A stretch of DNA of 63,991 nt, filler included, from Mitosporidium daphniae (taxonomy: Eukaryota): assembly GCF_000760515.2 (NCBI RefSeq). It is 7 parts of 7 records of this genome, joined end to end, with 100 filler letters (N's around TTAATTAATTAA, not from the genome) between each part and the next. Parts side by side here need not be neighbours in the genome. Positions count along the whole stretch, not along the records: positions 57,457 to 63,991 come from NW_013546633.1; 6 more parts are not named here. One strand, given 5' to 3'. Each line of letters starts with the position of its first letter. Position 1 is the first letter of the stretch. Made by a program: the position numbers and the translations under genes. Below, piece by piece: positions 57,696-63,991 of this stretch. The notes under the pieces are model-generated. The model made no database searches. It was given only the letters and a program-made list of their open reading frames with translations, and was not told the origin of the DNA.

Positions 57696-57789
57696 GCCTC
57701 AGATCTGACAAGCTACTGGAAATGCGTTCCCCATCGTTCAGCTCTACCCGGAGGGAACCAACGGTAGGAAGACCTTGATCATCATTGGC
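57696..57789 (-). ncRNA. Box C/D snoRNA candidate (possibly snR190/SNORD12-like)
   Basis: Minus strand: GCC-A-ATGATGA (box C), internal CTGA (D'), CTGA (box D)-GGC; terminal stem AAAAGCC/GGCTTTT; internal GTTCCC/GGGAAC stem; intergenic. Confidence 0.75.
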
Positions 57790-57896
57790 TTTTAAATCTG
57801 AGAAGGTCAAACAAAATCGATTAATTTTCCAATCTCAAAATTATTATAGAATCGATCTTAAATTTTAATTATGGGACTTTATTTTAATTCAACACC

Positions 57897-60800
57897 ATGG
57901 AACAAAAAGTCGCCTTCCCGCTTCTTTCTAGAAATAAACGTCCATCTAGCAGCGTTAATGAAGGGGAAGAGTTTCCAGATTTTCCGAGTACATGGGATAT
58001 TCATGAAAGAAAACCCTCCCCACCTACTTCCACATCAACCGTGTTTTCAATTCCCCCTTCTGATTATGATCAGTTGAAAAATATTTCTCGCATGATTGAT
58101 GAAAATATTCTGCGAGATGCATCTATTTTTGATTATTTTCAAGGATTTCAAGGTTAAAATGAGTTCGTTTCAATTATAGGGCGTAATTCAAAGGATTATA
58201 AAATACCCATTGACGACGAGGAGGCTCTCTTTGTAAAAAAGAAATTTGTGCCAATTCCGGAGATTATTTTCCGTCAATTTGAAAGTAAGCTTGAGGAGCC
58301 TTTAAATGTATTTCCTTAGCCATTGAGAGCAAATGTTTTATGGGGATTTTTCCGCAAATAAGCAGCATTTGGATCACGGTAGACCATCGTTTGTTTATCT
58401 GGGATTTTGAAAGCGATTCGACAGCACCTCTTTTCATGGATCATTTATTTTCATCATTGATTATAAGCGTTGCGCTTGTCTGCCCGATGCCTGGTATTCG
58501 CTATCACAAGTTAATGTTAGGTGTTTTTGTACCTGCGATCGAACATCTCCTTATCGTTGCTACGACGTCAGAAATTTCTATCCTGGGGCTAATGAAAAGA
58601 AAAAAACAAAATTCTTCCAGTTCTTTTGGCGGATTAGCAGACATGTCTCCTTCTGCTCGCATGGCCTCCCCTTTGTCCAAATACAGCCTAATCGATACGA
58701 AGCTTGGGATCTCCAGTGAGGGAGTAGCAATGCTTTCCATTGCTGGGACGCCAGAGGGACTGGTTTTTATGGGAGGAAATGATGGCAATATTTACCAGCT
58801 AAATTATGAGGGCGATAGCAACTCCTGGTTTTCTTGGTCCGGAGGTAGGAAATGCAAAAAGATCAACCAAACCTCCTCCATTCTCTCCTCATTGATACCA
58901 ACCATTTTTCGATTTGGCTCTGTGGATCCTATTGTTAGTTTGAAAATCGACTCTAAAAGATTTCTTTTGTATGCAGTTAGCAATTCGGGGACCATTGACA
59001 TCCTCTCGTTCCGTAGGGAGAACCTTTCTCAAAATTCGACAATTGAACGCATTGCAAAAGTCCAAAATGTTTATGAGGACTTTTTGAAACTTTGTCCTCA
59101 GTCGTTAATTTATAAAAAGAGTGACTTTGACGTTGTAGACATTCACCCTGTAACGACCAACCAGTCGTCCAATGTTTATTTTATCATTTCCACCACCGTT
59201 GGTGTACGTGTTTGGTATGCTCTTGCCATACAGCCAGCATCTGCCGCTCCTTCGATGCTTAAGATGTCAGCAATTCCTTTACATGCTCGATTATTGCCCC
59301 AAGATCCTGGCGAAGGCCTTTCTATTACCACTCAGGCCACGCTTACCCATTGTTCCTTTTATAATCGAGGTGTATTTTTATCTGCTCAAGCCAAGGCTCA
59401 AACTGAAGATGTTATCTTCAATTGTATTACTGAACCTTCGGGAAAAGATAGATTTGAACAGACTCCTCGTGGCACAACCTCTTCAGGGGCCTTTGAACAC
59501 TCGAAAAGCGTCACACCACCTGCTCTACTTGAGCTTCGGGGAAAATATCTTCCAATCATGGGGAAAACTTGGGCTATTGCGGAGGCTCCCCATTCACTTA
59601 CATTCGATATGCTTGATAATGGCTCCGATTTTGAGGAAGATAGCTGGCTCAATGGATTGTCTATCCTCCACGAGCTCATTGATGTGCAATCTTTTTCGCT
59701 GAGACAATTTTTAATTTTGACCAATACAGGTTCGCTTGTTCTTGTTTACTTATTCCGATAGGTGTTACCATTTTGGCAAAATTGAGGCCCTTGGAAAGGC
59801 TTTTTCAGAAAATGACTTTGATTTCCTCAAGCTCCACACACCTTCAGACCATCCCGGACGATGATAGCACCGTTTTCTTATTGCTTCTGCTTGCACTTTC
59901 TCCCAGCAAATTTGGATCCAAAATCCCGGCTCCTGTTTCTCAACAAGCCTTAAGTCTTCTTGTTTGCAAGAAAAATACAAGTGCTCATTCAGGTGGAACC
60001 TCGCTGGCTCCTCATATCCGCGCCTTGATTACTCTTTTTGGCCGAATTGTTCGGCGACTATGGAAATTGCCTGTTGCGACAATTTTTCAAGATCATTCAA
60101 GAAGTGTCAAGGGGAAAAAAGAGCGCATTTTCTTTGATAATTTACTCAGAGTGATCCAGGATGATTTGGTTCAATTGAGCAGCTTTTTATCAACGTACTT
60201 TATTTTTCTTTACTCAATGGTAGGAATTGGGTATTGATTGGCGGAATCCCGACATCATCCCAGACACACATTTCAAACGGCTCAGAGACAATGTGGTCGG
60301 GGACGGCAAGTTCGTTTGATTCAATAACACTGACCCAATTTGGCGATCTAGTATCATATACCACACAAGGGATTGCACTTTTTTCGTTATTTATGGACTA
60401 TTCAGAGAGGGATCTGCTAAAACGGTATTTGGGGGTTCTCTTAATGCTTAGGTTGCCGGTCAACATTCAATGTTCTCTCAAATCGCTTACATTTGAGTTG
60501 CTGTTTTCTTCAAAGCAGGGCCATGAATGTTTGGTAGAATTTGTTGGCGCCATTATGCAAAAGCAATTGGAAAAGGACGCTGTTTTAGACCCGATTGTGG
60601 ATGTTATTTCGCAGAGATGCCCCATGTTTCTGACGCCAGTTGATGTTCTGTTTTTCCAGGTATTTTGATCACCATGCCATTTTAGGCATCAGAAGGCTTA
60701 AAGCATGCCGCCAAAATCCAATCCATCATTGATAGGGGTGATGTGGTCGCTTCGTCAGTCCAAATTTTGAAACCCCATTTTTCCGAACTATCAGAATCTC

Positions 60801-62234
60801 GGCTTGCTGCCATATGCGATCAAGCACGAGTTCTATTTTACCACCAGAGTAAGGCTGGTGTTTTGATTTTCGTAGATGCGGCAGATATTTGCCTTTCCCT
60901 TTTTTCTTGCGAGTTTTCGTTGGCAAAATCAGCGAGGCTTAGTGAAGAGGCGGTTTTTTCGGTCTTATTTGCTTTGCTGGATGATGCCCTATTGGTTTCA
61001 AATGCACTTCGATCAGTTGACCCTGCATCTTTTTCTCCAGATGATCTTTATCTTTTCAAGCTATTCGATAACTTGCTGGACTATGTTTTGCAAAAATCAA
61101 CCGTTTCCATCGTTCATGAAAGAGTATATGATTGGATGATCAAGAAATCCATACCGGAGTATTTAATTCAAAAGGTACTTGTGCACATCCGCTTTTCGTA
61201 GGTCCAAACAAGCTTTGTGGAAACCTATTTGAAGGACAGATTTGAGAAGATTTTGTCAAACTCAATAGTGGTCCCCTCATGGGCTAAAGACATCCTGTGG
61301 AAATTTTACGTGCAAAGAAACATGTTTTACGAGGCCGCCACGGTGCTTTGCACTCTATCCCAGGCGGAGGGGTATGTGTGTCCAAGTTACATCTTTATCG
61401 TTTAGTATACAGTCGCTGGCCGAGCGAATAGAATACATATCGTTGTCGATTGCAAACTTGAAATCCTGCCCAACGATCGCGTGTCAAAACATTTCATTAA
61501 GGGAACAGGAGGAGCGTTTAGAGGTTGTCTCCATCCAGGAAGAGATTCTTGTTCATCTCAAGGCATACACGCTTGAAATTGCATCTAGTTGCGATATTTC
61601 AGAGTCCGATTTGCAGGCATTGATTGCGTCGCTTGATAAGCATTTGTATTCGCTATCGGATCTGTTTAATAAGATAACACGGCCCTTGAAGTTATACGAA
61701 TTTTCGCTGATAATTATCGACTCTGCCCAATATAAGCACCAAGCTTCTTTAGTGATCAGTCTTTGGACAAATATCTTGCAACACGAGCTTGCTTCTAACA
61801 ATCCCTCCACGTTGGCCATCTGTATTGCTTTTAAATTTTCGCAGCTTGGACCCCGGTTTTTGCCCTCCGAAGTTGCATTTCCAATCGACTATCTAGTTGA
61901 TTGGATTTCAAAAACCGTCTATTCCGGTTCGATCGCCGTATCGAGTTCGTTCCTCAATGCCGTATTTGGCTCCTCCGGCATAACCACCGATAGATTGCTT
62001 TCATCGTTTTTACAGCTTCTGATTGATGGAAAGACTCATCAAATGCCATGGAAGTTGCCGGTTGCAAAGCTGTTTTTATGTAAAGAATTGATAGAGTTCT
62101 TAACGGTGTCAAAGAAACATCTATCGACAGACATATTGGAGAAAGTCTATTCTATTGCTAAGGAATCGGAGGGACTTTGTGGTGATAAGTATGACAACCA
62201 TGTCTCCGAAAAAATCAGGGAAATGATGCAATAA
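57897..62234 (+). CDS. NUP170: Nucleoporin Nup155/Nup157/Nup170, multiple mini-introns
   Basis: MGIFPQISSIWITVDHRLFIWD, GVFVPAIEHLLIVAT, VFMGGNDGNIYQLNY, CKKINQT, SQRCP.F, HERVYDW, LWKFY, SLAERIEYIS. Confidence 0.92.
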
Positions 62235-62249
62235 AGAATTGGTTTATTT

Positions 62250-63840
62250 TTACTTGAAGAATAACAGCGAGCCTTTACATATTTGCTGCTCGGCCAAACT
62301 CCTCAACCGTGGCATATCTGACTGTGAAATCTTTCTAAAGATATGATCAATCTGACCATTTGCCCTCCTCAAAAAGGCATCATAGTTGATGGCAATTGCA
62401 AGGGCAAAGTGCAATACAAACATCCCGCAATCGTAGGAATTATCTTGTGTGGGGACTTTTGGTAAAATCTCGCTCCAACTGGTAAAACATGGAGGATGGT
62501 GGGACCCCTTTTTCTTATCATGCCATTCTTCCGACAAATACGTTTTTAATGTCAAAAAGATACTTTTAGCTACAGGGATATGAAACCGGTAAAGGTGTAC
62601 CTCTCAGGTGCCCATTCATAGAATCAAGATAATACAAAGACTGTTTGTGCAAATCGACTATTGCAAGTGACCAGTGTGTATTTGATGTGTTAATGGGAAT
62701 CAGAATCAAATCGAAATCGGAAAACAGATCGACTTTCTTGGTCCATCTTCTTACAGACGAATGTCCTGAAAGAACGAGCTTGGGATAGAAAAAGGAATTG
62801 AATGGATATACCCTTGGAAATCCGTACTTGGCTATCGGTCTTTTTTTCGAAAGATGGCCAGAGAGCTCTGCAACCATATTGAGATAAAAATTGATGATCT
62901 AAAAATAAGGAGCTGCCAGTACCTCGTCATTTAGCCATGCGCCGTGCTGAAGAGTTGATAGGTCCTCGATTCGAATTGGAATTTTGTATTTTTGGATAAT
63001 TACATCGGGATCTTGATGTGAATCGAACCCGTTATTTACACCATTTGAGTTGGAGAAACGATGCTTCAAATCGCCATCCACATCGACGTCGCTAATCGAA
63101 ATCGCATCATCGTCTTTCACAATTTCTCCGGAATAGCATTTGAGATAAATGGGATTGTCACCTGAAGTGGATTCAGAAATATGGGGCTTTTTCTTATACA
63201 AAAGCGGAGATGCTATCTTTAAGGCGGACAGGTGTTTTTCAATCAGCAGCTCACGCTCCTTTAATTTGACATCACGAGCAAATGAAGAGTAATGAGAAAG
63301 CGTTTGCTCAATTTGCATTCTGATGTTCTTGATATCGTTTTCAATCGAACTGCTTGTCCACTTTGAGGCAGCAGATAGCCCCTTGGTATCTGGCGTTTTC
63401 TTTGTGTCTAAAAATGTCTTGATGTGTACAGGAGTCTTGATGTCTGCAGGAGTCTTGATAGACACTGGCGATGCGACATTCGTATTTGGGTTAGATAGCC
63501 TGTATAAAGGCCTTGGCGAGGAATATGCTAATGTCTGGGGTAGTAACTTTGGGATTTCTCTATCAGAAGCATCAGAAGCATCAGAAGCATCAGAAGCATC
63601 AGAAGCACTACACGCACTATCGCAAAGTTTTGGCTGCGGAGATTTGGTTGGCGTATCATGTGCAAAAGGCTTCCCTTGTAGCGAAGCAGTCCGAGGTGAT
63701 TCATTGACACTTTTTAAATAAGAGGCGATGGAAAATATGAAATTGGATGTCTTTTCTCCAGAATTTAGGTCGACATGTGGGGTTTCCATGTCCTTGCTGC
63801 TACTCTTGCTCATGCAAGGGCCGGCATGGGATCCGGGCAT
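62250..63840 (-). CDS. ULP1: Ulp1/SENP SUMO protease (C48), 2 introns
   Basis: EDLSTLQHGAWLNDE|IINFY, FNSFFYPKL, VRRWTKK, HWSL, YLDS, QDNSYDCG. Confidence 0.95.
63562..63606. repeat. 9-bp tandem repeat (ATCAGAAGC)x5 encoding ASD repeats in Ulp1
   Basis: Directly visible. Confidence 0.9.
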
Positions 63841-63895
63841 AAATTTAATAAATAAACGCTTTTTAAATTCAATTTGAGCGAACCCCAACCTGAGC

Positions 63896-63928
<33 letters not shown>

Positions 63929-63943
63929 TTTCTTTCTTTCTTC

Positions 63944-63990
<47 letters not shown>

Positions 63991-63991
63991 T
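63896..63991. repeat. (TTTC)n microsatellite
   Basis: Directly visible up to the window end. Confidence 0.95.

Noticed and set aside
63841..63991. N-terminal extension of Ulp1 through (AAAG)n (RKKE repeats)
   Set aside because: Open only because the microsatellite lacks stops; an AT-rich promoter-like motif precedes the ATG at 63840

Overview
Eukaryotic DNA from a very compact, intron-containing fungal-lineage genome. Introns are 23-39 nt and some intergenic spacers are only about 30 bp. My inference is an early-branching Rozellomycota/microsporidia relative (Mitosporidium-like). The window is not contiguous: it is seven contigs in decreasing size order (complete ones 9632, 9527, 9406, 9370, 9271 bp), joined by artificial 100-nt N44-TTAATTAATTAA-N44 linkers, so synteny across linkers is meaningless. 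Contigs 2-5 and 7 carry housekeeping genes (PEX10, PEX19, MDM12, GPD1, BUD13, CWC24, NTF2, GPI12, an OSBP, BFR2, GUP1, HRD1, SNF5/SFH1, SAC1, YAK1, RPA12, NUP170/155, ULP1, tRNA-Ala and a box C/D snoRNA). Contig 6 is one giant (about 2970 aa, 5'-truncated) intronless ORF. It fuses a putative CE-clan-like Cys protease, a degenerate DUF3638/DUF3645 helicase-like module, a membrane segment and an intact HECT E3 ligase, and is a candidate ubiquitin-editing effector. Contig 1 looks subtelomeric: degenerate TTAGGG tracts, three diverged copies of a coding relic (two ending in telomere-like repeats), host-gene fragments, a bacterial-type acyltransferase-3 and a 550-bp terminal fold-back. All family assignments come from motif recognition by eye, not database searches.
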